This document shows, piece by piece, positions 46,822 through 57,200 of a DNA stretch of 64,000 nt. How positions within the stretch are numbered: the first letter of the stretch is position 1; each line of letters opens with the position of its first letter. Origin of the DNA: a virus (taxonomy: Duplodnaviria; Caudoviricetes); IMG/VR virus record IMGVR_UViG_3300027486_000276, positions 1 through 64,000 of that record; one strand, 5' to 3'. A program made the translations under genes and the position numbers. A model generated the notes under the pieces. That model was not told the DNA's origin and ran no database searches. It worked only from the letters and a program-made list of their open reading frames with translations.

Positions 46822-47901
46822 ATGTTTTTCAACTATAAAAATTGTACATTTAAGCTAAGTGGCGTAGACATTCTAGCCACTAATGTGAATATGTCTCTTG
46901 ATTCAAGCAATACTCCTGTTTATAATGAAGAATTTAAAAAGAACTCTTATAGTTACGCTCCAGAAGATACAGTAGATACAAGTTTTTCTATTTCTTATTA
47001 CTTAACAGGAAAAGACTTTGTTAAGGAATATCTTTTAGGAGCAAATTCTGAGCAAGGCGTATCTGGTAATTTTTGTGGCTTATATTTTCAAAATGGTTAT
47101 GTTACAAACTATTCAATAAAAGGATCTCCAGATTCTTTAGCTAAAGTAGATCTTGAGCTTAAAGTTTTTGAGACATTAAAGGGTTCTTTTTCTCCAACTA
47201 CTCCATCTAATTTACCAGAAATTACACCTTTAAATTTCTCGAATTTTTATTTATCTGGGAATCTAGATGGTGCTGCTTTTGATTCTAATACATATAACTT
47301 TACAAATTTTAGTTATCAATATCAAAGAGAAGTTCAGAAATACAATAAAGAAGGAGCTTTAACTTTTGATCAAAGCGGCAGAGCTTATCTAGGAAAAAGA
47401 TCTCAATCAGTTTCTTTTGAAATAGATAACTTTAATGTTTCTCTACCGTATTCAGGAGTTCCTTGTGATTTTTATATTTCACTACAAACAGGAGCGGCTC
47501 CCCTTGATACGTTATCTTTTGCAGGAATAATTTCTTCTAAGAGATCTTCTGTTGAATCTCAAGGCTACATAAGATCTGAGTTTTCATTAAAGCAAGACTT
47601 TTCTCATTTTAGACCAGCGATAACTGACTTTACTCCAAGAGTTATTTTGCCCGGAGCCACTGTTACTATAAATGGTAGTAACTTTATAAATGTTAAAAGA
47701 ATTCTTTTTGGTAACACAGAAGCTTCTTCATTTACGCCAGTTTCTAATTCTTTATTGACGGCAATTGCGCCAACAACACTAAAAGGTGCTGCTGCCATTT
47801 TCATAGAAACAGAGGAGACGACTTCTTCTTCTATTTTTAACTTTAAAACAAGTGTATCTGTTAATGATATAAGACTATCTACTGAGTTCCAAGGATTATA
47901 A
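46822..47901 (+). CDS. Tail-tube-fold paralogue E with C-terminal IPT/TIG domain (359 aa)
   Basis: GYVTNYSIKG...VDLEL; C-terminal PAITDFTP...GATVTINGSNF...ILFG IPT/TIG motif. Confidence 0.6.
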   Translation: MFFNYKNCTFKLSGVDILATNVNMSLDSSNTPVYNEEFKKNSYSYAPEDTVDTSFSISYYLTGKDFVKEYLLGANSEQGVSGNFCGLYFQNGYVTNYSIKGSPDSLAKVDLELKVFETLKGSFSPTTPSNLPEITPLNFSNFYLSGNLDGAAFDSNTYNFTNFSYQYQREVQKYNKEGALTFDQSGRAYLGKRSQSVSFEIDNFNVSLPYSGVPCDFYISLQTGAAPLDTLSFAGIISSKRSSVESQGYIRSEFSLKQDFSHFRPAITDFTPRVILPGATVTINGSNFINVKRILFGNTEASSFTPVSNSLLTAIAPTTLKGAAAIFIETEETTSSSIFNFKTSVSVNDIRLSTEFQGL

Positions 47902-47902
47902 T

Positions 47903-50900
47903 ATGCCAAGCTACAATACAGGTTTAATCAATCAAAAGATGCGCGTCACGGGCGCGGGTCTTTATGCGGTAAGCGGCTTGCAGCTTCCCGGTGCTGGTTT
48001 TATTGATTTTTCTTATTACGATGCTTCTCCAGAGTATATAGAGTTTAACGTTCCAGAGAATATAGTATTAGGAAAAGCTAATTTTTACTTTATTACTGGA
48101 AGAGAATTATCTTCTCCAATGTATGTTAGTGGAGTTGATTTTTATCCAATTCCAAGATTAGACGCTGTAATTCCACAAACTCAAGAGGTAGGAGAGTTTG
48201 TAGCAGTTAGCGGAAAATCTTTAAGCGGAGTCCAATATGTATCATTCAACAACATTACTGGAACAAACGTCTCTTACCAAGCGGATAGCGGAGTACTATT
48301 AGTTAAAGTTCCAAGTGGATACACAACGGGTCCAATTAGAATTAGCGGATATAACGATACAGGAATACTTTCTGTAAGTAGTGACTTTAACTTTTTTGGA
48401 AGAATTCTAATAAGTGGATTTAGCGATAATATTCCATACGAAGGAGATTTGTTAAAGATTTCGGGCAAGAACTTTAACTTATCTTATGTAAATGAAAGCT
48501 ATTTCCCTGTTAATTTTACAACATCTGTAGACAACCAATTAACTGGATTTGTCACTGCGAGATTCACTGGCCTTGGCGATATAATTTCAGGCATAGTTCC
48601 TCAAAATGCAAATCAAGGATTTGTAACAATAAATTCTAAAGACAATACTTCTTTTGCTTCTAAAACACAAATTACAGTATTAAGGTCTCCTCAAGTATTT
48701 AATGCTTTGAATTTTTACTTAAATTCTGGAGAATCTAATATTGCTATTGGTAGAAATTTTAATTATGCGACTGGTATTGTTTTAAGTGGATTAAATTATA
48801 GACAACCAAAATCAATATTAAACAGCGGAGTCAGAAGTTCTAATATAGGTCTATTTGGTAATTCTTTATTATTCAGCGGCAGTTCTTATTTGAAAATCCC
48901 ATCTCCTTCTGGTGGAGATTTCCAATTTGGAGTTGATCCTTTTACTATTGAATTTTCAGTTAATCCATTGCCATACACCTCAACTCCCAGAATTGATATG
49001 TTCCAAGATCAGGGCTGGGATGGAAATGGATTTTATTTTTACAAAGCCGCTGGAAGCACTAATTGGACTTTTTACGCTAGTAATGTTGCTAAAGCAAATA
49101 TTGCGACCTCTTTGATTCCAGCAAATCAATGGACAAAAGTAATTATTTCTAGAACCTCTGCAAATGGAGATACTTTTGTAGCAATAAGTGGAACCGCTAG
49201 ACAATCTTATTCTACTGTTTCCGTTGGAACTCCTTATCCAATAACAGCAGGAAGTGGTTTATTTATTGGAACTCATAATACTGGATCTTACGGACTTTAT
49301 GGAGTTAATCCATTTTCTGGATATATTGAAGATTTTAGAATTGTTAAGGGCGCGGGATTATACAGCAGTATTAATCAATTAGTAACTGGATCTGGATTAT
49401 TTGATGTTCCTAATACAGTTTTGTTGCTACAAGGGAATTATTCAGATTATGATTATAGAGCAGATAGGACACAAGTATCAAAGATAAGAGATATTTCTGG
49501 TTATGTAGAAGATTACAACTATGGCGTTTACAACAAGATAGTACCAATATCTTCCTTTGTAAAAAACTCTGCTAACACAAGCTTAACCTTTACTGGAACA
49601 AATGCTGATGCTGGTTGTTATGATATTACTATAAAAAATTCTGGAGGAAGAGACTTCTTGTTTAAGAATTTTGAAGTTATCAAAGGCCCTCCAGTAATTA
49701 AAAATATATCTACTTTTGAAAATTATATTGGCGGATTTCTTGAGGTCTTGGGTCATAACATTTATCCAGATTCTCAATTCTTATTTCAAGATACTGGTAA
49801 CGCTGATTCAATTGTTGAAGCAACAGAAAATGCAAACAGCTATTCTTATCAATCCACCTTTAGAACTCAAAAGAATATTTCTTTCTCAAGTTCAGTACAA
49901 ATAAGCAACAACACTTCTAAATATGATGACAGGAGCTTGCTATTTTCTGGAAGCCCCGGTCCTTATATTAATTTTTCGATTACTGGCCGTTCACCAAACG
50001 TGCCTTTAAGTTATGGAAATAGTTTCGCTTTTGAATTAGATTTCAAGCCATTGACGAGCTTCTCTGCTTCTGATAAAAAATTCTTAATCGGTAGCCAAGC
50101 TGGGTTGAATGTATTCGTTACTTCAAATTATCTAGTTGTTTCTGGTATTGACTGGAATGGTTTTAACTCTGTTTTCTCTGGACAAATAAATAGCAATCAG
50201 TGGAATCATTTATCAATCAGCAAGAGTTATAAAAATTCTAACACAATAACTGGCAAAATACTATTAAATGGATCTCCAATAAGTTTAGCTGGAACAAATT
50301 ATACTTTAGACTTTGCAACTTCAAATTTAGATTTCAGTTTAAATTCTGATAAGAGTTTACTTAATCCAACTTTTAATATTTACATAGGAAGAGATTACGC
50401 CAATACTTCTTCTAGTTATTGGAGTGGATATATAGACGAGGTAAGAATAGTTAGAGAAAATCCTTATGAGTATTCTAATTATACTCCAATTAGAAGGGCA
50501 AGGAATAATGCAAACACAGAGATATTAATTCATGCTAATGCTGGTCTTATAGATGATAATATTAGATCTTTCGGCTATCTAAGCCTTAATACTCCTAACC
50601 TTACAGACATCAGAAAATCAAACATTGTATTAGACAATACAAATTCAAGACTAGTTGAAACATTTGATAAAACTTTTACTTTCTTAAAGACTCCAACTAT
50701 TACAGGTATTTATCCAGATCTATTAGTTCAAGGCGGACAAGGAACTGGTTATGGAAGTGATTTATACTATGTAGGATCTATTGATATTGGAGGATACAAT
50801 GTTAATAATTATAATATAACTCAAAATGGTTCTGAATTTGATCAGAAATTAGTGTTTACAGTTCCTGATTTTGCTCAAAGCGGAGACGCTTTAAATATTA

Positions 50901-53410
50901 ATTCAAACTATTACAAATACACTTATCCAAGCGGGTTGTCTATAAAGAGCGGAACTCTCGTAGTTGATGGATTTTCTCCAACCACTGGAGCTACCAATAC
51001 GCTAATTACTCTATCTGGTAAATTCCTAAATACCGTTACTTCTATAGAATTAGGAAGACAAGATGGAGCTTATAAAGTAATTACAGCTTTTAGAAGACAA
51101 AGCATTAGCGGATTAAGTTTCTATATACCTCAAGTATATGATATAGCTGATGGTCCAATTGTTGTGAACGGAAGCTCAAGGGTTACAACTACAGATTCAT
51201 TAATTTTCGTTAATCCCATTATTTCTAAAATTATTCCAAACTCTGCTTACTTTAATGATTCTATAACTTTATCTGGAAGTAATTTAAATGCTCTTGATTT
51301 CTATGGTATTGGATTTAATAATGAAATAATAAAATACCCTCATGTTATACCTCCTACTTCTACTGGAGCCTTAGTAAGAGTACCAAGAGAAGTAAAGAAG
51401 GGTAGTTTTAGGTTTTTTAATTCTGGCACCACTGCTGAAATCAAAGGCTTCTCTCCTTCGTTTAATCCAAGTACAACAATTTCTGGATCAAATGCAGAGA
51501 TTTATAGAACAAGAGATGGCATACGAATTACAGGAATCAATGCTCACAATTTCCAAACAAGAGATTTATACATTAGTGGATTCAATAACTTAACTAATAA
51601 AACAGGCCAATATTTAATTTCTCAAGCAATGTCGGTTGTTGATATTTCAACTGTCTCTGGAATGGCGCAGCCATATACGGGATATGTTGTTCTATCTGGA
51701 AATTTAAACATCATATCGGACGTTTCTTCTCAAATAACAGATTTAGATTTATTAATCAGCGGTTCAGATGCGGTTGGTATTGGAACTACTGCGGGTTCAA
51801 ATAGTTATATTACTTTGGATGGATTTATTGGAAGTGGTCAAATTTTCTTCCAAAGAAATAGCTTCGATGCAGATAATCTATATAAAACAATTACAATAAA
51901 ACCTCCAGTTATTTCCGCTTCTCCTTTAAATGTCTTAACTGGAACATATAGATCTCTAATAACTTTAACTGGTGAAAATCTTAACTATGTAACAGGAATT
52001 AGATTTGATGGAGCCAGTACTCTCATAAGAAGTGCTTCTGGTGCAATTCCTACATCATTTGATTATTTAAAGGCAAACTTTTCATCTGGAATATCGGTAG
52101 TAACTGATGCAAGGGATTTAAATAGTAGTGTTATTTATAAAGATTATAATAAGTTAAGATTTTATCCTCCATCAATGGCAGGAAGAGGCTTGCACGGTAA
52201 AGATGTGGAAGATGTAAGGCCAATTTCTGGAGTATTTTATCTACAAACTTATTTAGCAGAAGAGTATCGTGTAACTGGTAATTTTAATTATATTCCTTTT
52301 ATATCAATCAATGATGCTTACTTAAACAATAATTTATCTTATAGATTAGATGGCACTACTCAAGTTAGTGGTTGGGATGGATCTGTTATTTCATTCAATG
52401 GAGAAGGAATTAGATATCTAACAGGAGTAGACTTCTTTAGTAAGGCAAATGGACAAATAGTAGAGAGCCTCTCTTCTTCGTTCCAATTTAATAAAAAGAG
52501 AGCAAGAATAGATTTTTATAATGCTCCCGGCGGAAGTATTACAGGATATTCTATTATTAGTGGAGGCGCAGGATATACAATTTCTTCTGTGGGAATGAGT
52601 CTCGCTACTAGTGCAGGTGGAACCCCAACTATAAATGCCATAGTTTCTTTTATGCCTCCTTATGTAGGTCAAGTTACAGGAGTTTCAATAGTATCTAACG
52701 CAACTGCCCCAACTCAAGATTTTTGGATTGGAAGTAATGCCACTGTTCCTTTGCCAAGTTCTGGGTTTATACCAAGAAATCCTAACTTGCTTCTTTTTTC
52801 TGGAGATAATTTTGCTACACAAAGTGGAGATGGATCTAAATACTATGCATATTTTACTAATTCAACAACATTCCCATTAGACAATGGGTTCGTAGTTGGT
52901 GAAAAATTAGATATGAAGCTTTATAATTATGGAGCCATATTTGAAACAACAGAACAGCCATTTTTAACAATACAAAATCCAAATAACTTTGCAAGAATAG
53001 CAGACATTATCTTAACTGGAAATCAATACGTTGGAGAAAATAACTTAACAGTTAGATATGATCAAATTTATTCTAATGATGATGCTGACTTCAGTAGTTT
53101 AGATGTACAACTAAAAACCTCAATCCTTTATCCCACTGGGTATAACGGAAAGAGGTTTATGCTTACTACAACTAAGCCTTCCAAAAATGGAAGATATTTG
53201 AGAGTAGATTTTTCTACAAAAATCCCAGAAACAGGAGATTATGTAAACATAAATGATCCAATTGATTCTAGATATTTGAAACTAAGAATTGAAACTATTA
53301 ATTCTGAAGCTTCATTATTTAAAGGATTGGGAACTTCCAGTTCTTTAAATAAAGTGTTTGCTGGATCTGTTGGAGCAGGTTCTAGCTCACCCGGAATAGG
53401 TACATCCTGA
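47903..53410 (+). CDS. Giant adhesin-like virion protein with IPT/TIG repeats and two LamG domains (1835 aa)
   Basis: Repeated P.I....P...G..I.I.GxN motifs; LamG FTIEF...FSGYIEDFRIVKG and WSGYIDEVRIV. Confidence 0.75.
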   Translation: MPSYNTGLINQKMRVTGAGLYAVSGLQLPGAGFIDFSYYDASPEYIEFNVPENIVLGKANFYFITGRELSSPMYVSGVDFYPIPRLDAVIPQTQEVGEFVAVSGKSLSGVQYVSFNNITGTNVSYQADSGVLLVKVPSGYTTGPIRISGYNDTGILSVSSDFNFFGRILISGFSDNIPYEGDLLKISGKNFNLSYVNESYFPVNFTTSVDNQLTGFVTARFTGLGDIISGIVPQNANQGFVTINSKDNTSFASKTQITVLRSPQVFNALNFYLNSGESNIAIGRNFNYATGIVLSGLNYRQPKSILNSGVRSSNIGLFGNSLLFSGSSYLKIPSPSGGDFQFGVDPFTIEFSVNPLPYTSTPRIDMFQDQGWDGNGFYFYKAAGSTNWTFYASNVAKANIATSLIPANQWTKVIISRTSANGDTFVAISGTARQSYSTVSVGTPYPITAGSGLFIGTHNTGSYGLYGVNPFSGYIEDFRIVKGAGLYSSINQLVTGSGLFDVPNTVLLLQGNYSDYDYRADRTQVSKIRDISGYVEDYNYGVYNKIVPISSFVKNSANTSLTFTGTNADAGCYDITIKNSGGRDFLFKNFEVIKGPPVIKNISTFENYIGGFLEVLGHNIYPDSQFLFQDTGNADSIVEATENANSYSYQSTFRTQKNISFSSSVQISNNTSKYDDRSLLFSGSPGPYINFSITGRSPNVPLSYGNSFAFELDFKPLTSFSASDKKFLIGSQAGLNVFVTSNYLVVSGIDWNGFNSVFSGQINSNQWNHLSISKSYKNSNTITGKILLNGSPISLAGTNYTLDFATSNLDFSLNSDKSLLNPTFNIYIGRDYANTSSSYWSGYIDEVRIVRENPYEYSNYTPIRRARNNANTEILIHANAGLIDDNIRSFGYLSLNTPNLTDIRKSNIVLDNTNSRLVETFDKTFTFLKTPTITGIYPDLLVQGGQGTGYGSDLYYVGSIDIGGYNVNNYNITQNGSEFDQKLVFTVPDFAQSGDALNINSNYYKYTYPSGLSIKSGTLVVDGFSPTTGATNTLITLSGKFLNTVTSIELGRQDGAYKVITAFRRQSISGLSFYIPQVYDIADGPIVVNGSSRVTTTDSLIFVNPIISKIIPNSAYFNDSITLSGSNLNALDFYGIGFNNEIIKYPHVIPPTSTGALVRVPREVKKGSFRFFNSGTTAEIKGFSPSFNPSTTISGSNAEIYRTRDGIRITGINAHNFQTRDLYISGFNNLTNKTGQYLISQAMSVVDISTVSGMAQPYTGYVVLSGNLNIISDVSSQITDLDLLISGSDAVGIGTTAGSNSYITLDGFIGSGQIFFQRNSFDADNLYKTITIKPPVISASPLNVLTGTYRSLITLTGENLNYVTGIRFDGASTLIRSASGAIPTSFDYLKANFSSGISVVTDARDLNSSVIYKDYNKLRFYPPSMAGRGLHGKDVEDVRPISGVFYLQTYLAEEYRVTGNFNYIPFISINDAYLNNNLSYRLDGTTQVSGWDGSVISFNGEGIRYLTGVDFFSKANGQIVESLSSSFQFNKKRARIDFYNAPGGSITGYSIISGGAGYTISSVGMSLATSAGGTPTINAIVSFMPPYVGQVTGVSIVSNATAPTQDFWIGSNATVPLPSSGFIPRNPNLLLFSGDNFATQSGDGSKYYAYFTNSTTFPLDNGFVVGEKLDMKLYNYGAIFETTEQPFLTIQNPNNFARIADIILTGNQYVGENNLTVRYDQIYSNDDADFSSLDVQLKTSILYPTGYNGKRFMLTTTKPSKNGRYLRVDFSTKIPETGDYVNINDPIDSRYLKLRIETINSEASLFKGLGTSSSLNKVFAGSVGAGSSSPGIGTS

Positions 53411-54109
53411 TCATTTAGCTTTTTGAATTCTTTCGATTAATTCAAAAATTTTAATCTTTGGAATGTCAGCTATTGACATAAGAGAATCAGCGTTAGTATA
53501 GTTTTCCTTAATCAGCTTTTCTTTAAGCTTTGCAAAAGTAACGCTTTTCTCTTTCATTACTTTTTCAAGGATAGCATGAGGCTCAAAGATTGCTGAAGAC
53601 TCGGCGGAATCATCAACGACATTATTCTTCGACTTGCCAATTTCATCTTGACCAACGATGTTGATCTTTAAGAAATTTCTGACGCAACGGATAAATGCCC
53701 TGTTCTCGGCAATTGGCCCCAAGAAGTGACGAGCAAAATCCTTGGTATTACCGGGAGAAGCGTCTCCAATAGAAGAGAATGAAATACAATTTCCTTCTGT
53801 TTCGTAGTTTGAAATCCAGTCTATTTTACAAACCGCTACTACATAGTCTGGACTTGGACAGGTTACAGTATACTCAACAGAGTAAAATCCTCTAAGTTGC
53901 GCTACATATTTAATTCCAGCTAGAAGAATGAGTAGATCTTTATCTTCTAGCTTGGTTACATCAGTTTCATTAGTCCTGTCCCTGTTTGGGACAAGGAACT
54001 CTGGCTTGATCATTTTTCGCCAGTTAATAGAACCGTCTTCATTAAAGTGGTATTCTACGCCTTCAATGAGACCATCAGAGGAACGAACAAGTTTCTTTAC
54101 AGTATTCAC
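53411..54109 (-). CDS. Hypothetical protein, possible Rad52/Sak-like ssDNA-annealing protein
   Basis: GDASP.NT...AENRAFIRCVRNFLKI resembles the AETRA..RALR helix of annealing proteins. Weak. Confidence 0.35.
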   Translation of the reverse strand: MNTVKKLVRSSDGLIEGVEYHFNEDGSINWRKMIKPEFLVPNRDRTNETDVTKLEDKDLLILLAGIKYVAQLRGFYSVEYTVTCPSPDYVVAVCKIDWISNYETEGNCISFSSIGDASPGNTKDFARHFLGPIAENRAFIRCVRNFLKINIVGQDEIGKSKNNVVDDSAESSAIFEPHAILEKVMKEKSVTFAKLKEKLIKENYTNADSLMSIADIPKIKIFELIERIQKAK

Positions 54110-54115
54110 ATAGGT

Positions 54116-54144
54116 ATACTATGCGGCAACTGGAGACTTATCAA
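54116..54144 (-). promoter_or_regulatory. Sigma70-like promoter
   Basis: TTGATA-N17-TAGTAT ending 7 nt before the GTG start at 54109. Confidence 0.5.
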
Positions 54145-55291
54145 CTCTAAAAATCCAAAAATTTTCAACCTCTTTCCAAAACTCTGGGCAGTCAATCACT
54201 GGTTCCGCAATTTGTTTGGCTTCAATTCCGTTCTTCAAAGAAGACTCGCTTAAATAAACTTTTCCGTTACTAATTAATCGTTTGTTCGATTTATAGAAAG
54301 CATTTGAAGTGTACTCAATGCCGGTTTTCTTTTTCAAGTTAGTTGGCATTTGAGTAATATGTTCTTGATCAAGATACTTAAGTTTAATTTCTTCTAGCTT
54401 TTTACCTTCTAAATAAGTAAATAGCTGATAAGAAATATTACTATAAGCTAAGAAATCTGCAAATGCTATGTTATCATTTTCTTTGATTTCGTAAAAGATT
54501 CTTCCGACATTCTTTCTATTGTTAACAATGATGTTTGGGTCAATTGGTTTATCTGTGATTATAAAACATTGACAGACTTGCAGTTGTTCATTTAAGAATT
54601 TTTCATTGTGTTCCAAGTCCATTCTAACAACAATATTATTAGAATTAAATTGCTTTGGATTTACAATTTGATTGGGAACCATTTCCAATCTCATGTTATT
54701 ATATTCAGCACCAAAGTAAAGGGTTTGAATAGAATTTACATGAGGAATCCCTAAGAGATTTAAAATATTGTTCGCAATTTCTTCTGGCTTTATTGAATTA
54801 ATTGTCTTAGGATTTTCTTCAAAAGAGAATGTTGGCTTGTTCGTTCTCTTTGGTTCAAGTAAAACATGATCTTTAGGATCGCCAAAGAATGGTTTTACAC
54901 AATTGACATAGTTGTTAGAGTATAAAGCAACAATTTTTTTACCATATCCAGAAGCGATATGAGTTGGAAAGCTATCTGCTCCAAAATGAAGAAGAGAATC
55001 TCTTAAAATAAATGCGGTCTGATTAATGTTTGTAAGACCAACGAAGCTTAAAACATTACTGTAAACCTTTTCTTTTTCTTGTCCAAGCTGAATAATCTTT
55101 ATGCCTTTTTCATTTAAAATAGGAGAAATAAGATTAATTACTTCCTGCCAATAATCATAAGTCTTTGAAGGCTTAGAGCTTGGGTGAAAAGTAACATATT
55201 TGTCAGCAGTAACAGGAAAAAATTTTTCGTAGATATAAGGCTTCTTAATTTTAACTCCAGAAGCTAGAGAATATTGCTCTAAAAGGTGCAT
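54119..55291 (-). CDS. Glycosyltransferase, GT9 (heptosyltransferase-like) C-terminal lobe plus extra domain
   Basis: FHPSSKPSKTYDYWQEV...IIQLG...QTAFILRDSLLHFGADSFPTHIASGYG matches the GT9 donor-binding lobe. Confidence 0.7.
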   Translation of the reverse strand: MHLLEQYSLASGVKIKKPYIYEKFFPVTADKYVTFHPSSKPSKTYDYWQEVINLISPILNEKGIKIIQLGQEKEKVYSNVLSFVGLTNINQTAFILRDSLLHFGADSFPTHIASGYGKKIVALYSNNYVNCVKPFFGDPKDHVLLEPKRTNKPTFSFEENPKTINSIKPEEIANNILNLLGIPHVNSIQTLYFGAEYNNMRLEMVPNQIVNPKQFNSNNIVVRMDLEHNEKFLNEQLQVCQCFIITDKPIDPNIIVNNRKNVGRIFYEIKENDNIAFADFLAYSNISYQLFTYLEGKKLEEIKLKYLDQEHITQMPTNLKKKTGIEYTSNAFYKSNKRLISNGKVYLSESSLKNGIEAKQIAEPVIDCPEFWKEVENFWIFRVDKSPVAA

Positions 55292-55292
55292 A

Positions 55293-57200
55293 TTATTTAA
55301 TATCGAATGCGATCTTATCTTTTCCGTTATGAAGATAGTTTAGCATTTTTTGAGTTCCTATATGAGGCAAGAAAGCTATCTCAAAATAACCTTGATGGTC
55401 GCCATGTCCCTCTAGCCATAGTAGACTATCCATTTGAGGAATGTATTCTAGAATTCTATGTATATAAGGATTACCTTCAACTACTGAGAAGTATTCTTTT
55501 TTAGTTGCAAAATATAAATTGTAATTGGGGTATGTTTCTTTTATCGATTCTAGAAGAGAAGTGCAAAGATAAATATCTCCAATGCTTTCTGGCATGACAA
55601 AAAGAATTCTCTTTCCTTTATCAGCAGGATCTAGAATATCTTCGAAATCAATTTTTCTATTTTTTTGATTTTCTTGTGCAGCTACTTGGCGAAAATAGTT
55701 TTCAATATTCTGTCGGCTTTCTCCTTCAGAAAGTTTCTTCATCCAATGCTTGTATCCGTCATCATTCTGATCGACCTGCTTCATCTTCAGAATGTTATGA
55801 TACATGAAGATTAGCCATTCTCCATTTTCAGTGATATTTGGAACGCTGGCATTAGGATCTTTTTCTTCTTCCTTTAAGGAGAAGTCATAAGATGTAAAAG
55901 GAATAGAATCAATGTATTGTTCGAATAACTTTCCAATAACAGGAACAGAGTAATTATCTATAGCCCATTTTCTAGCCTTTTGACCCATCTGCCGTCTTTC
56001 AGACTCTGGCATCTTATAGGCGCGATACAATTGATTTGATATAGAATGGGGATAAGTAGACGCTTTTCTAAACTGAGTACCATGCTCTCTATACTCTGAC
56101 CATTCAAGAGGAATAGAAGCAGCGTCAGGGTGACACATATCTTCTCCGCAACTGTAGTTAGTTACTAAAGTTACTAGTTCGCAATATTTAGCTTCTTGAA
56201 TTGGAATTTCTTGTCCACCGCTAGTAAATGGGTGGCAATACACATCCATCAAATTATAAATCTCACACAACTGCTCTTCGCTTACGCCAAATCCAGTATT
56301 TGTGGTAGAGCAGCTTTTATCAGAATTACAAGCTGGACACTTTAACTCTTGACCTTGGAATGGAGTTACAAAGTAATTTTTACATTTATTACAAACATAA
56401 GTTGTATGGATATCTTTTTTATCTATTTGATATTCGTCTGCAAGCTTATGAATGTCCCAACCTTCACCCCAATGAGTATGGAGTAAGAGCTTTGCGTTTT
56501 TTACATCAGGATGATTTTTAACAAAGTCTCTAAATCCTTCTAAGAGATTAGGTACAGATTTGCGAAGTTGATTTCTAAATACGAAACCTACAACATAAGA
56601 ATCACTGAGACCAAAACGAGCCTTAAGTTGTTTCTTTTTCTCTTCTCCTAAATAGCTGAACTTAGAATGATTTACAGGGCCATGCATTGTTCTGGCATTA
56701 TTGATGCCAATTTTATGCATTTCTTTTGTAGCAAATTCACTCCAAATCCAATATTGAGAAGACTTCTTTGCTTGATTTATAGCTTCATCATAGATTGGAA
56801 GAGAATCAAGAGTAACCCAAAGAAGAGAAGTGATATTCTTGTACCAGTGTTTATTATAGTACTGAGTAAAAGCCCAAGGATCTTGCGCTCCAATCCAAAT
56901 ATCAGGCTTCTCTTCCTTGATTACTTGATCAATGTAATAAGAACCATAGGATACATCTCTAGCGAGGGCGGGATCGGCATTAATCCTATTGATCTCATTG
57001 GGATCGGTAGGGACACTTCCAAGACTCTTCCAAGGAGTCTTAGATAAAGCGGGAGAACCCACTTGGGTTCCCCCGCAGTAATGGATAATATCATACTTAC
57101 CTGTGTTGTACAGATAAGAGACCAGTTCCTTCGCCGCCCTACCGAATCCAGTTTTAGCGAGGCACCAATCCGTTTGAATTACTATCTTTTTCTTTCGCAT
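55293..57200 (-). CDS. GT-B (GT4-like) glycosyltransferase with Zn-finger insert and C-terminal GT9 N-lobe
   Basis: TGFGRAA, VVGFVFRNQLRKSVPNLLEGF, IYNLMDVYCHPFTSGGQEIPIQEA; CNKC..CPAC insert; C-terminal PESIGDIYLCTSLLESIKETYP. Confidence 0.8.
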   Translation of the reverse strand: MRKKKIVIQTDWCLAKTGFGRAAKELVSYLYNTGKYDIIHYCGGTQVGSPALSKTPWKSLGSVPTDPNEINRINADPALARDVSYGSYYIDQVIKEEKPDIWIGAQDPWAFTQYYNKHWYKNITSLLWVTLDSLPIYDEAINQAKKSSQYWIWSEFATKEMHKIGINNARTMHGPVNHSKFSYLGEEKKKQLKARFGLSDSYVVGFVFRNQLRKSVPNLLEGFRDFVKNHPDVKNAKLLLHTHWGEGWDIHKLADEYQIDKKDIHTTYVCNKCKNYFVTPFQGQELKCPACNSDKSCSTTNTGFGVSEEQLCEIYNLMDVYCHPFTSGGQEIPIQEAKYCELVTLVTNYSCGEDMCHPDAASIPLEWSEYREHGTQFRKASTYPHSISNQLYRAYKMPESERRQMGQKARKWAIDNYSVPVIGKLFEQYIDSIPFTSYDFSLKEEEKDPNASVPNITENGEWLIFMYHNILKMKQVDQNDDGYKHWMKKLSEGESRQNIENYFRQVAAQENQKNRKIDFEDILDPADKGKRILFVMPESIGDIYLCTSLLESIKETYPNYNLYFATKKEYFSVVEGNPYIHRILEYIPQMDSLLWLEGHGDHQGYFEIAFLPHIGTQKMLNYLHNGKDKIAFDIK

